From NCBI GenBank assembly GCA_021324255.1, contig JAJPJL010000050.1, positions 2,836-66,835 of the forward strand: a stretch of DNA of 64,000 nt. The letters run 5' to 3'. How positions within the stretch are numbered: position 1 is the stretch's first letter; each line of letters begins with the position of its first letter. Origin of the DNA: Bacillota bacterium (GTDB taxonomy: Bacteria; Sysuimicrobiota; Sysuimicrobiia; Sysuimicrobiales; Segetimicrobiaceae). Shown here piece by piece: positions 1 to 9,893 of this stretch. The notes under the pieces are model-generated. The model was given only the letters and a program-made list of their open reading frames with translations, had not been told where the DNA came from and did not search any database. Both the position numbers and the translations under genes were made by a program.

Positions 1-185
1 CGGCGGTCTGCGTGCCTATCGGCAACGACATCGCGCGAGGACTATTCTGGCGGGCGGAGAACTTCCCCTCCCGTGCGTTGCCAGCCTATTCTCGAAACTT
101 TGTTGCTGGCGCCATGTTCTCTACCTCGCCGTGCGCCGCGCTGTCCAGGTGACCGCCTATACGACGTCCTGGTATCGAAGGGGAG

Positions 186-1028
186 TTGAGGTTCATGCCC
201 GACAAGTCCGATGAGACCACCCCGACGGCCGCTCGCGGAGCGGAGACGCTCATGACCGCCGCTGAATTCTGGCGCGTTCTCGCGCGCAACGTCAAGACCG
301 CCGCGGTAATTTTCATTGTGTGCGTGCTCGGCGCAGTGTTGCTCGGGGTCACCTCGCCGCCACTCTATAGAGCGGTCGCGCTGTTTCGTGTACAGGTGCC
401 CAATACCTACGGGAGCGCCGACATCCCGTCGCTCGATGTATCGGTCCTCCAGGCGTGGCTCGGGCAGGTCGACGTGCTGGCGAGGATCATCGACAGCGCC
501 GGTCTCCGCGGGCGCCTGACGACGGGTCAGTTGCAGGCCAGCATCGGCGTGACGGCGGCCGGCGGCACCGACACGTTCGAGACCGCGGTGGCTTCGTTTT
601 CCCCCGACCGTGCGCAACGGCTGGCCAACGCCGCGGCAAGCGTGCTCAATGCGCGGGCGGTGGAGGTCATTCAAGCTGAGCTTCCCTCCATGGCGGATGG
701 CGTGCAGGAGTTGATCGGACGAGCCCGGGCGCTGGTGGTCGCCGAGCAGGACGCGGCGCGGAGGACCACCGCTCCTGACGCGTTGGCGCCGCTTCGTTAT
801 CAGGCGGCCAGCATGGTGTACCGGGACCTGCAGGCTCGACTCATGCTGCTGCACTTGCTCGGTGCTCCAGGCGCGGTGCGGGCCCGGCTCGTGATCCCGG
901 CCGGCGTCCCAAACGCTCCCGTGAGCCCCGGCCGATCGTTGTACATTCTCTTCGGCATCGTGGCCGGGGTCATTTTCGGCGTGACGGGCGCCCTGGTAAG
1001 CGAGGCCGTGCGTGGACCCCGCGGGTAA
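186..1028 (+). CDS. Polysaccharide co-polymerase (Wzz/PCP-like chain-length determinant)
   Basis: Two hydrophobic helices (AAVIFIVCVLGAVLLGV near the N-terminus, LYILFGIVAGVIFGVTGALV near the C-terminus) flank a ~200-aa Ala/Arg/Gln-rich, probably coiled, segment, which is the classic PCP topology. Start is TTG 186 or ATG 195, after GAAGGGGAG. It sits at the head of the glycan locus. Confidence 0.55.
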   Translation: MRFMPDKSDETTPTAARGAETLMTAAEFWRVLARNVKTAAVIFIVCVLGAVLLGVTSPPLYRAVALFRVQVPNTYGSADIPSLDVSVLQAWLGQVDVLARIIDSAGLRGRLTTGQLQASIGVTAAGGTDTFETAVASFSPDRAQRLANAAASVLNARAVEVIQAELPSMADGVQELIGRARALVVAEQDAARRTTAPDALAPLRYQAASMVYRDLQARLMLLHLLGAPGAVRARLVIPAGVPNAPVSPGRSLYILFGIVAGVIFGVTGALVSEAVRGPRG

Positions 1029-2529
1029 CGCGCTCCGTAGCTCGCGGGTCGCCCTGGGCAGGATCGGCGTCCTTGCCTCGGTCGTGTCTTGCGCCGCGCT
1101 CGCACTCGTATACGGCGCCGTGACCGAACCATCCGAGATTGCTCTCTGGCTGACGGCCGCGGTCACCGCTGCGCTGACGTTCCTGCCCGTCGCCATCGGA
1201 TTGGCACGGGGACGGGTCGACATCTTCGAGCCGCCCGTGTTGCTAGGATTGTTCTTCTTCATCGGATACCCGCTCGCCGCCGTGATGGAGCTCGCATTCG
1301 GACAGGAGTTTGATGCGAGCCGGTCCGTTGCGTGGTTCCCGATCACGCTCGCGGTCGCCGCCCTAGGTCTTGGCGCATGGTTCCTCGGTTACTATCTGGG
1401 GCCGGGAGCCAGAATCGCCTCGGCGTTGCCGTCACTGCCGCGGCGGTGGGACACTCAACGTGCGATGGTCGTGGTCGGAGGACTGGCCCTGGCAGGGTGG
1501 GCCGCTCAGCTGCTCGTGATCGTGCGCGGAGGCTATCTGCACGGCTTCCGGACCCAGGTGGGCCTGCAGTTTTCAACGGCCGTGGCATGGGTGGGCCAGT
1601 TCGCGCTCGTTGCGCTGGCCTGCGCCGCCGCCCGATACTTCGCGGACGTCCGGCGGGGGCGGTCGTCGTCCGGTTGGCGGGCCGCCTTTCTGGCCCTCTT
1701 GGTGCTGGAATTGGCGTATACCGTTCCGACCGGGACGCGGCAGCCGTTGCTGATGGCGCTCGCCATTCCCTTGATCGGCGCATACTACGTGCTCGGCCGC
1801 GTTCGCTGGTCGACGCTCGTCGCGCTCGTCCTTGTGGTTGGGTTGTTCGTGTTCCCCGCCGAGAACGCCTACCGCATGGCCGTTTCGGAGAGCGTCGACA
1901 TCAACAACGCGCACCCTTCATTCACGTCGGTCCAGACCCTCCGCCGGGCCGCGGAGGCGGCGATGACGCAACTTGGGAGCCTCTCCGGTGTCGGATACGC
2001 CGTTGCGTCGTTCCGCACGGTGGTGGAGCGGCTCAACATGGTCGGCATCGTGTCCGCGATCGTGCGCTGGACGCCGTCGCCGTGGCCATTCGATCTGGGA
2101 CGGAGCCTCGAAGCATTCGTCGTGTCGTTGGCGCCGCCGCGATTCGTGATGCAGAAGCCCGTTTCGGAGGTGGGCGGGGTCGAGTTTGCCCACCGCTACG
2201 GCCTCATCCAGCCCGCCGACACGATCACATCGGTGGGACCGACCCGTCTGGGAGAGATGTATCAGGATTTCTGGCTCGGCGGCGTTCTGGCCGGCATGTG
2301 GGCTGAAGGCATGCTGAGCCGCGTCTGTTATGCGTGGTGCATCGGACGCGCGGCGCCGTCGATCTCCGGGGTGGTCCTCTACACGTTTTTTGTGCTCACG
2401 TTTGTGCAGTTCAACGCGTTCGCGGACTACGCCCTCATGTTGAAGTTGTACGTGGTGATGATCGTCGTCCTGTTTTGGGTCGGGGCCGGGCCTCGTGCAG
2501 CCCGTGATCGCGTCGCCCGGGACGGGTGA
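1012..2529 (+). CDS. Polytopic membrane protein, putative repeat-unit polymerase (Wzy-like)
   Basis: The 505-aa product is almost entirely hydrophobic helices (10 or more predicted) with no soluble-domain motifs. It overlaps the 3' end of the PCP gene by 17 nt. Start is uncertain: TTG 1012 is the first option, and there is no in-frame ATG before the first helix. Confidence 0.45.
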   Translation: MDPAGNALRSSRVALGRIGVLASVVSCAALALVYGAVTEPSEIALWLTAAVTAALTFLPVAIGLARGRVDIFEPPVLLGLFFFIGYPLAAVMELAFGQEFDASRSVAWFPITLAVAALGLGAWFLGYYLGPGARIASALPSLPRRWDTQRAMVVVGGLALAGWAAQLLVIVRGGYLHGFRTQVGLQFSTAVAWVGQFALVALACAAARYFADVRRGRSSSGWRAAFLALLVLELAYTVPTGTRQPLLMALAIPLIGAYYVLGRVRWSTLVALVLVVGLFVFPAENAYRMAVSESVDINNAHPSFTSVQTLRRAAEAAMTQLGSLSGVGYAVASFRTVVERLNMVGIVSAIVRWTPSPWPFDLGRSLEAFVVSLAPPRFVMQKPVSEVGGVEFAHRYGLIQPADTITSVGPTRLGEMYQDFWLGGVLAGMWAEGMLSRVCYAWCIGRAAPSISGVVLYTFFVLTFVQFNAFADYALMLKLYVVMIVVLFWVGAGPRAARDRVARDG

Positions 2530-2538
2530 CGTTCTCCT

Positions 2539-4923
2539 TCACACGCCGCCGGCCGGAACGCGCGGAGTCTGCCCGGACGATCCGCGCGTGCGGGCGCGTT
2601 CCCTCTGCCGGTCCACACACCACACCAGAATGCCGACCAAGAGCGTGCTGCCGCTCACGAGACCGCCTATGACCAACCGGCGGTCGTGATACGCAAAGAT
2701 GACGGTGTGCGTGCCGGCCGGTACGAAGACCGCGCGGAACAGGTAGTTGGCCCGATAGACCGGCGTTGAACGCCCATCGACGGATGCGTTCCACGCAGGG
2801 TAGTAGAGGTCGTTGAGCACGAGGAACCCGGCGCTCCCAAACACCACGTGGAGTACCACACCGTCGGGACGATAGGAGGTAATCGCGACGCGGGACGCCG
2901 GGTCGGGGGGCTGCGTGGCGCGGCGGAGCGTTGGGCCGGCCGTCGGCTGCTGCTCCAGTATGACATAGCGGCGCGGATCATAACCCGGCCGGCTCAAGGT
3001 CCGCAGAATCTCCAGACGATCCGTCAGCACGCGATAGCTCTCCGAGCGGATCGCGCGGGGAACCACCGCGGTATTCCGGTATACCGTGACGCCCGGGGCG
3101 ACCTCGGTCGGTAACCACGGCGCCGCAAGCGGCGGGAGCATTCCCGACCGATCGACGACGTACTTCACGTTCAGCAAGCTGATGAGCGGCGAGTCGAAGT
3201 GGCCTCGGAGCAGGACGCCGTGCGGGCCCGCCGGGCGGTTCGAGAAATTCCAGATAGGATAGCCTTGGATGAAGTTCGTGTACTCACTGTACCGTGCGGA
3301 GAGCAATCCCACTTCACCCTGCACCTCTTGAACCTCCGCGGCGACGGCGCGATCTCCGAGCCCGTACACGCGGTAGTCGGACCGGTCGCGCTCGAGGTAG
3401 CGCTCCACCGCCTCATCGGCGGCGGAGCTTCGCATGTCGGTGCCGGTATTGACGAGCGGCAGCGCAAACCCGAGGAGATCCGCGATGACGAACGCCGCCG
3501 CGGCCGCGGCGGTGCGGGCGGAGCCGGTCGGCCACCGGGCGCGGAGGTGGAGCAGTCCAAAGCTGATCCCCAACATGACAAAGGCGAACGCGGCGCTCTC
3601 TTCCACGGCAGGTACTAATCGGGCCCTGACCGCCGCGTCGTTCAGGATCCCCCGGCGCGCCACGAGCGTCGCTGCCGCAAGAACCACGGCTGCGCCGAGA
3701 CAGCGAAGCAGTATCTTGAACGTCCGCGGCCACAGTGCGGGTGCGGTATCACGCGCCCGGAACACGTCGAAGCCGACGCCGGCGAGCACGGCCGCACTGA
3801 GCGGTACGAGGGCGTTGATGTCCTCGATGTTCTTGAGATCGCGGAGAATCGGAACGTACTGCACGGCGCGGTAGACGAGCCCGTACTTGCCGAGCGCAAT
3901 CCAGAGTACGCCGAGGCCGAAGAAGGCGAAAAACCTGACATGCCAGCGGTCCCAACGCGTGACGATACCCGCCGCGATCAGCGCGAGCGTGAAGAAGCCT
4001 ACGTACAGCGTGGAGGAGTGAAAGTAGAACTCACGCTCGAGCGATTCGCCCCAATTCGTATGCTCGTTTCCGAAGAACAACGGCGCGACAAACGAGACCA
4101 GCCCGACCGGCGGGATCGATCCGATGAAGGGGAAGTCCGGCTCGGGGCTGCTTCGGTTCGCCAGGGCGAGGGCTTGCGAGGACGGGAGATACTGTACCGC
4201 GACGAGGGGCGCGGCGATGCCGAACATGAACAACAAGATCACGACAATCGCGCTGGCTCGCACACCGCCCTGCCCGCGAACCTTCAACGCCCGGCTGGCG
4301 GCGTACGCGGCGGCCGCCATCGTGGAGTAGACAAACGTCTGGGGATCGCCGGCCAGGAACTGCGATGCCAGGACCACGCCACCGACCAGCGCGGCGCCGG
4401 CCCGGCGGCGCCCATCGGTGATCCCGTCGATGAGATAGAAAAGAAACGGCGTCCATGCGTACACTTCCACCCGCTGGATCTCCCCGGCCATGAGGCGGGT
4501 ACCCGTGTAGCCCGCGAGCATGTACACTGCGGCCCCCACCAGGCGCGCCGGACGAGTGAGCCCGAGGCCCAAGAGATAGAGGTCCATGAATGCGCCGGCG
4601 AGCACGAGATGCACGACAATCCCGGTGTTGATGGCATCGTGCACCGAAAGCACGGCGAGCAGTGGAACCGTCAGCGGATAGAAGAATCCCGTCGGGAGAT
4701 CGGCGACTGCCGGGTAGCCGGACGCAAGATACGGGTTCCACAACGGCAGGTGCCCGGATCGTATCTGTCTTGCAACGAACAGCAACCGGTAGAAGTGGTG
4801 AGTGAGCTCGCCACCCCCGATCAGGTCTCCCCGGCCCAGCGACGGCAGCACGAGCAGGCATGCCAGCGCCGCCAAACAGGCAAGGTCTGCCGGCGGAACG
4901 CGGCGTTGCGGTCGTGGCATCAT
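2539..4923 (-). CDS. YfhO-family-like large membrane protein (putative glycan/teichoic-acid glycosylation protein)
   Basis: About 795 aa from the MM start (ATG 4923/4920). The N-terminal loop GDLIGGGELTHHFYRLLFVARQIRSGHLPLWNPYLASGYP resembles the conserved N-terminal region of YfhO-family proteins. Many TM helices span the N-terminal two thirds, followed by a C-terminal soluble region. The track ORF extends to 5154, but that part would collide with the Fsa gene. Confidence 0.45.
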   Translation of the reverse strand: MMPRPQRRVPPADLACLAALACLLVLPSLGRGDLIGGGELTHHFYRLLFVARQIRSGHLPLWNPYLASGYPAVADLPTGFFYPLTVPLLAVLSVHDAINTGIVVHLVLAGAFMDLYLLGLGLTRPARLVGAAVYMLAGYTGTRLMAGEIQRVEVYAWTPFLFYLIDGITDGRRRAGAALVGGVVLASQFLAGDPQTFVYSTMAAAAYAASRALKVRGQGGVRASAIVVILLFMFGIAAPLVAVQYLPSSQALALANRSSPEPDFPFIGSIPPVGLVSFVAPLFFGNEHTNWGESLEREFYFHSSTLYVGFFTLALIAAGIVTRWDRWHVRFFAFFGLGVLWIALGKYGLVYRAVQYVPILRDLKNIEDINALVPLSAAVLAGVGFDVFRARDTAPALWPRTFKILLRCLGAAVVLAAATLVARRGILNDAAVRARLVPAVEESAAFAFVMLGISFGLLHLRARWPTGSARTAAAAAAFVIADLLGFALPLVNTGTDMRSSAADEAVERYLERDRSDYRVYGLGDRAVAAEVQEVQGEVGLLSARYSEYTNFIQGYPIWNFSNRPAGPHGVLLRGHFDSPLISLLNVKYVVDRSGMLPPLAAPWLPTEVAPGVTVYRNTAVVPRAIRSESYRVLTDRLEILRTLSRPGYDPRRYVILEQQPTAGPTLRRATQPPDPASRVAITSYRPDGVVLHVVFGSAGFLVLNDLYYPAWNASVDGRSTPVYRANYLFRAVFVPAGTHTVIFAYHDRRLVIGGLVSGSTLLVGILVWCVDRQRERARTRGSSGQTPRVPAGGV

Positions 4924-5237
4924 CGTTGACCCGGCGCTTCCGGGACGACCGTGCTCGCAGGATGCGGCGAGATCACGCGGACACAGGTACTGCGGCGCTG
5001 AGGGAGATCCTTTTCCGCGTCGTGGTACCGGGAAGGCAGGAAGCGGAAACGGGCCCGCGAAACGTATCGGGCAATCCGGCACACCCGTACGGTCTCGCTG
5101 CAAGTACCCGCGAGACCGGTACCGAGGGCCCGTTCGGACGTATCGGTACCGCAACCGAACGCCACCGGCCGCTCATGCGGGGGAGACGCCGACTCGCATG
5201 CCCAACCGATCGAGCCGCCGAAAGCGAGGTGCTGATT

Positions 5238-5948
5238 ATGCCCCATGATGGGTCGAGACGCGGCATGGAGATCTTCTTGGATTCCGCGAACATGTCGGAG
5301 ATCGGGCGCTGGCTCGACGAAGGGTTGGTGGACGGAGTCACCACCAATCCTTCCATCATGCTCGCCGACGGCGTCTATGATCTGACGCTCGGCGCGCGCC
5401 AGATTGCAAAGTTGATTCACCCTCTTCCGCTGTCCGTGGAGGTCACGACCGACGACCCCGATGAGATGCTGCGCCAGGGGCGAACGCTGGCCGGTATTGC
5501 GGAGAATATAGTCGTGAAGATCCCGGTCATCGATCGGTCTGGGAATCCCTGCCTGCGCGTCGTCCGAACACTCGAGACCGAGGGAATCCGCGTCAACGTG
5601 ACGGCGTGTCTGTCTTTCGGTCAGGCCGCCATGGCCGCGAAGGTCGGCGCGACGTACGTGAGCTTGTTCGCCGGCCGGATTTCCGACGAAGGCCATGACG
5701 CGAGCGCCGTGATCCGCGCAACCGCGGAGTGGCTGGCGTACTGGGGATACCCGAGCCGCATCATCGTCGGAAGTATTCGCCAGGTCTTCGACGTTCAGGC
5801 GGCTGCCTTGGCCCGTGCTCACGTCATCACGGTGCCGCCCGCGTTTCTGGGGAAACTCCTGGATCACCGGTATTCCCGCGATACGGTGCGCGGGTTCCTC
5901 GACGACGGCCGAAAAGCGCTGTCCAAGATGGAGGCTGCAGGTGTCTGA
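5238..5948 (+). CDS. Fructose-6-phosphate aldolase / transaldolase family (Fsa/TalC-like)
   Basis: MEIFLDSANMSEI...GVTTNPSI...VVKIPV...NVTACLS...VSLFAGRISD matches the short transaldolase/Fsa family (~225 aa) along its whole length. Start is ATG 5238 or 5265. The 5' 378 nt of the track ORF (4860..5237) is unlikely to be coding. Confidence 0.8.
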   Translation: MPHDGSRRGMEIFLDSANMSEIGRWLDEGLVDGVTTNPSIMLADGVYDLTLGARQIAKLIHPLPLSVEVTTDDPDEMLRQGRTLAGIAENIVVKIPVIDRSGNPCLRVVRTLETEGIRVNVTACLSFGQAAMAAKVGATYVSLFAGRISDEGHDASAVIRATAEWLAYWGYPSRIIVGSIRQVFDVQAAALARAHVITVPPAFLGKLLDHRYSRDTVRGFLDDGRKALSKMEAAGV

Positions 5949-6957
5949 GGTCCAAGAGTCCCACTCCGGGGCCGTAGTTCCCCGTGCCGCCGAGCGTCCA
6001 GGCGTGCCGGAGTGCGAGCTCCTCCGTGCGATGCTGCGGATTCGCTGTGTCGAAGAGACGCTGGCGGATTTGTACGCCGAGCAGGAGATGCGGACGCCGA
6101 CGCATTTTTCGATCGGACAGGAAGCCGTCGCCGTCGGCGTTTGCGCGGCCCTGCGGCGCGCCGACGTGATCTATAGCGGCCACCGGTGTCATGCCCACTA
6201 TCTCGCGAAGGGCGGCAGCCTGCTGGGCATGGTCGGCGAGCTCTACGGCCGCGAGATCGGGACGGCGCGCGGGCGCGGCGGGTCGGTCCACTTGGCGCAA
6301 CCGGAGGTGGGCGTGATCGCCTCCTCGGCCATCTTGGGGCAGACGCTGGCGGTCGCGGTCGGCTCGGCGTGGGCGTTCGCAATGGATCACGCGCCACGGA
6401 TTGCCGTGGCATTCTTTGGCGACGGCGCGGTGGAGGAAGGCATCTTTCACGAGAGTCTCAACTTCGCGGCGCTGCACCGCGTCCCGGTCCTCTTCGTGTG
6501 CGAAAATAATCTCTATTCCACACACAGCGGGCTCGCCGTGCGTCAACCGGCGGGCCGGTCGATCTACGAGCGGGTCGGCGCCTACGGCATCACCACGGAA
6601 CATGTCGACGGGAACGACGTCCTTGCGGTGCGGCAGGCAGCGTCGCGAGCCGCGGACCACTGCCGCAGTGGAAAGGGACCGTACTTCCTCGAGTGCGCCA
6701 CGTACCGCTGGCGGGAACACGTCGGGCCGCTCTGGGACTACGATCGCGGTTATCGCACGAAGGAGGAGGTCGAGCAGTGGATGGCGCGCTGTCCGATCAA
6801 GCGGCTGACCGAGCATTGTCTGGCCCGAGGGTTGTGCACGCCCGCGGACGTGGAAGCGTGGCGTCAGGAGTTCCGCCGCGAGGTCGACGCGGCCGTGGCG
6901 ACCGCGCGGCGCAGTCCGTTCCCGCGGCCTGAGGCTATTCTGGAAGGCACGTACTGA
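5941..6957 (+). CDS. Thiamine-diphosphate-dependent dehydrogenase E1 component, alpha subunit (PdhA/AcoA-like)
   Basis: FSIGQEAVAVG...YSGHRCHAHYLAKGG...GRGGSVHL...FFGDGAVEEGIFHESLNFAALHRVPVLFVCENNLYS carries the ThDP-binding GDG(x)25-27NN motif of the E1-alpha family. Start is GTG 5941, overlapping the Fsa stop. Length is ~338 aa. Confidence 0.8.
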   Translation: MSEVQESHSGAVVPRAAERPGVPECELLRAMLRIRCVEETLADLYAEQEMRTPTHFSIGQEAVAVGVCAALRRADVIYSGHRCHAHYLAKGGSLLGMVGELYGREIGTARGRGGSVHLAQPEVGVIASSAILGQTLAVAVGSAWAFAMDHAPRIAVAFFGDGAVEEGIFHESLNFAALHRVPVLFVCENNLYSTHSGLAVRQPAGRSIYERVGAYGITTEHVDGNDVLAVRQAASRAADHCRSGKGPYFLECATYRWREHVGPLWDYDRGYRTKEEVEQWMARCPIKRLTEHCLARGLCTPADVEAWRQEFRREVDAAVATARRSPFPRPEAILEGTY

Positions 6958-7063
6958 CGTCCCCGCTGCTCGTGCGCGCGACTCGCCGCCAGCTCTCCGC
7001 CCCGCACGAGGATCGTACAATCGAGCGGCCGAGGTCACGGCTGCGACCCACGGGAGGCACCGT

Positions 7064-8098
7064 GTGCAACGCCTGAAGTACTGGCAAGCGATCAGTCAGG
7101 GTCTGGTGCAGTGCATGGAGCGCGACCCCGCGGTTATCATCACGGGGATTGGCGTCGACGACTTCAAAGGGATCTTCGGCACCACCCGGGCCGCCTTCGA
7201 ACGGTTCGGGGCCGCGCGCGTGATCGATATTCCAAACTGCGAGAACGCGTTCGCCGGGATCGCGATCGGCGCGGCGGCGATGGGGAAACGGCCGGTCGTG
7301 GTCCACCCGAGGAACGACTTCATGTTCTTGGCGTTCGACCAGATCATGAACCTGGCGGCCAAGTGGAAGTACATGTACCAGGCGAAACGCGGCGTTCCCG
7401 TCGTCTTTCGCGGAATCGTTGGACGGGGCTGGGGACAGGGAGCGACGCATTCCCAGAGCCTCCAATCCGTCTTCGCGCATTTTCCCGGCTTGCACGTCGC
7501 CGTGCCGGCGTCGCCCGCCGACGCCAAAGGGCTGCTCGTGGCGGCGCTTCGTGAGGATACGCCCGCGGTGTTGTTGGAAAACCGGGCCCTGTACGAGCTC
7601 GAAGGCGATGTCCCGGAAGAGCCGGTTCCGATCCCGTTCGGCAAAGCCCGCATCGTGCGGGAAGGCACCGACGTGACGATCGTGGGCGCGTCGCTCATGG
7701 CGTACGAGGCGGCGCGCGCGGCGGATCTGCTGGCCGAGCATGGGATCAGCGCGGAAGTGATCGACCCTCGAAGTCTACGGCCCCTCGACACCGGCACGAT
7801 CCTCGAATCCCTTCGCAAGACGGGACGATTGATCGTCGCCGACACGAGTTGGGCCATGTACGGCTTCTCCGCCGAGGTGGCGGCGCTCGCGGCGGAGCAC
7901 GGTCACGCGTGTCTCAAGGCTCCGGTGCGCCGGGTGACCCCGCTCGACTGTCCCGCGCCCGTGTCCCGCCCGCTCGAGGAGGCATTTCATCCCACGCCCA
8001 TGACCATCGTGCGTGCGTGCCTCGATGTGCTCGAGTTGACGGCGACGACGAGCCGGGCGCTCGCGGACGTCCAGGCGCGCTTCCCCGGGCCGTATTGA
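7064..8098 (+). CDS. E1 component beta subunit (transketolase-like pyrimidine-binding plus C-terminal domain)
   Basis: IITGIGVDDFKGIFGTTRAAFERFGAARVIDIPNCENAFAGIAIGAAAMGKRPVV...VPASPADAKGLLVAAL...IVGASLMAYEA is typical E1-beta/AcoB. GTG 7064 is preceded by GGGAGG. Confidence 0.8.
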   Translation: MQRLKYWQAISQGLVQCMERDPAVIITGIGVDDFKGIFGTTRAAFERFGAARVIDIPNCENAFAGIAIGAAAMGKRPVVVHPRNDFMFLAFDQIMNLAAKWKYMYQAKRGVPVVFRGIVGRGWGQGATHSQSLQSVFAHFPGLHVAVPASPADAKGLLVAALREDTPAVLLENRALYELEGDVPEEPVPIPFGKARIVREGTDVTIVGASLMAYEAARAADLLAEHGISAEVIDPRSLRPLDTGTILESLRKTGRLIVADTSWAMYGFSAEVAALAAEHGHACLKAPVRRVTPLDCPAPVSRPLEEAFHPTPMTIVRACLDVLELTATTSRALADVQARFPGPY

Positions 8099-8112
8099 GG
8101 AACGAGGCCAGC

Positions 8113-8886
8113 GTGCGGACGCCATCGTTAACGATCTTCGTCCCGGCGCACAACGAGGCCAAGAACGTGGCGGGGGCGGTTCGGGACGTCGTCGAGGCTG
8201 CGTCGGACACCTGCCCGGATTACGAAGTCCTCGTCGTCGACGACGGCAGCATCGACGGGACGGGCGAGGTCGCGGATCGGCTCGCGCGAGCGAATCCGCG
8301 CATCCGCGTCGTTCACAATCGCCCGAAGCAAGGGTTGGCCGGCGGGTATCGGACCGCGCTCAACGCCGCGACCAAGGACTACTTCGCGTTCATCCCCGGA
8401 GATCGCGAAATTCGCGCCGACTCGATTCGCGCCATCTTCGGCGCGATCGGGTCCGCGGACCTTGTCGTGCCGTACCACGCAAACCAGGAGGCCCGGGCCT
8501 GGCACCGCCGTGTGCTGACCGTCGTATCGACTGGGCTGATCAACCTGCTGTTTCGACGAGGATTGCGCTACTATCAGGGGCCCACGGTCTATCCGACGGC
8601 CCTCGCGCGGGCGCTCCCGACGCGCACGCGGGGCTTCTTTTTCCTGGCGGAGATGCTGCTGCATGCGCTGGACCGCGGCTGCACCTATGTGGAGGTCGGC
8701 CTGGTGCATCAGGAACGGGCGTTCGGGAAGTCCAAGGCCGTGACGCTACCTAACATCCTGACGGCGCTGCGCGCCATCCTGGGGACGTGGTGGGTGCTCC
8801 GCGTTCACCGCGCCGGCCCGTCGGCCGTACGGGAACCGTCCGAGCTCACTCCGGACCGTCACATGGGAGGCCGCGTGAAATCGTGA
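8113..8886 (+). CDS. GT2 glycosyltransferase, polyprenol-phosphate sugar synthase type (DPM1/GtrB/ArnC-like)
   Basis: SLTIFVPAHNEAKNV...YEVLVVDDGSIDGTGEVA...LINLLFRRGLRYYQGPTVY has the GT-A DxD (VDDGS) and the architecture of Dpm1/GtrB-type enzymes. Start is GTG 8113 (no in-frame ATG upstream). The stop overlaps the next start (GTGA). Confidence 0.75.
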   Translation: MRTPSLTIFVPAHNEAKNVAGAVRDVVEAASDTCPDYEVLVVDDGSIDGTGEVADRLARANPRIRVVHNRPKQGLAGGYRTALNAATKDYFAFIPGDREIRADSIRAIFGAIGSADLVVPYHANQEARAWHRRVLTVVSTGLINLLFRRGLRYYQGPTVYPTALARALPTRTRGFFFLAEMLLHALDRGCTYVEVGLVHQERAFGKSKAVTLPNILTALRAILGTWWVLRVHRAGPSAVREPSELTPDRHMGGRVKS

Positions 8887-9890
8887 GGACCGTCTTGGTG
8901 ACCGGAGGTGCGGGGTACGTCGGAGCGGTTCTCGTCCCGAAACTCCTCGGGCGCGGGTACCGCGTGCGAGTGCTCGACCTCTATCTCTTCGGCGATCGGG
9001 TGTTCGCGGAATATTCGGACACCCGCGCGCTGGAGGAAGTCCGCGGCGATATCCGCGACCAAGCGTTGCTACGCCGTATTCTGCCGGGATGCGACACCGT
9101 GATTCACCTGGCATGCATCTCCAACGATCCCAGCTTCGAGCTGAATCCGGCGTTGAGCCGGTCGATCAACTACGACGCCTTCGAGCCGCTTGTCGCGATC
9201 GCGCGCCAGGCCGGCGTGCGGCGCTTCATCTACGCCTCCACGTCGAGCGTGTACGGCGTGAGCGACAGCGAACGGGTGACAGAGGAACACCCGCTCGTCC
9301 CCCTCACCGATTACAACAAGTACAAGGGGCTGTGCGAGCCAATCCTGCTGCGGTATCAGTCGCCGGAGTTCACGACCGTGATCATCCGTCCGGCGACGAT
9401 CTGCGGGTACTCGCCGCGGCTGCGCTTGGATCTCAGCGTCAACATCCTCACCAACCTTGCGGTCAATACGCGCAAGATCACGATTTTCGGCGGCGCTCAG
9501 AAGCGGCCCAATATCCATATCGACGACATCACGGATCTCTATGTCGATCTGGTCGACATGCCGGAACGGGCGATCGCCGGCCAGATCTTCAACGCGTCAT
9601 ATCAGAATCAAACGATTGCGCGTCTGGGCGAGATCGTGCGGACCGTCGTCACCGGCGAGATGCCCAACCTCGCGCCCATCGAGATCGAAACGACGACGAG
9701 CAACGATCTGCGCTCCTATCACGTGTCGTCCGAGAAGATCGAGCGTGTTCTCGGATTTGTCCCGAAGCGGACGGTCGAGGACGCCGTGCGGGATCTGTGC
9801 GGGGCGTTTCGCGCCGGGAAGATTCCCGACCCGCTCGAGGACATCCGCTACTACAACGTCAAGACGATCCAGGCGTCGAAGCTGAGCTGA
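8883..9890 (+). CDS. NAD-dependent epimerase/dehydratase (SDR family, nucleotide-sugar modifying)
   Basis: VLVTGGAGYVGAVLVPKL is a Rossmann GxxGxxG segment, and DYNKYK holds the YxxxK catalytic pair. Length is ~336 aa. Confidence 0.8.
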   Translation: MRTVLVTGGAGYVGAVLVPKLLGRGYRVRVLDLYLFGDRVFAEYSDTRALEEVRGDIRDQALLRRILPGCDTVIHLACISNDPSFELNPALSRSINYDAFEPLVAIARQAGVRRFIYASTSSVYGVSDSERVTEEHPLVPLTDYNKYKGLCEPILLRYQSPEFTTVIIRPATICGYSPRLRLDLSVNILTNLAVNTRKITIFGGAQKRPNIHIDDITDLYVDLVDMPERAIAGQIFNASYQNQTIARLGEIVRTVVTGEMPNLAPIEIETTTSNDLRSYHVSSEKIERVLGFVPKRTVEDAVRDLCGAFRAGKIPDPLEDIRYYNVKTIQASKLS

Positions 9891-9893
9891 AGG

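Noticed and set aside
42-1346. 434-aa minus-strand ORF antisense to the Wzz-like and Wzy-like genes
   Set aside because: It is Arg/Pro/Ala-rich and low-complexity with no recognisable motifs. It is a typical antisense open frame in ~70% GC DNA, whereas the plus-strand gene has a convincing PCP topology.
5827-7038. 403-aa minus-strand ORF opposite the E1-alpha gene
   Set aside because: It is antisense to a gene with clear ThDP motifs. It is Arg/Pro-rich with no domain signature.
5941-8098. Phosphonopyruvate decarboxylase (split Ppd) interpretation of the E1-alpha/beta pair
   Set aside because: No PEP phosphomutase or AEP transaminase gene is present anywhere in the locus. The motifs are those of 2-oxoacid dehydrogenase E1 rather than Ppd.
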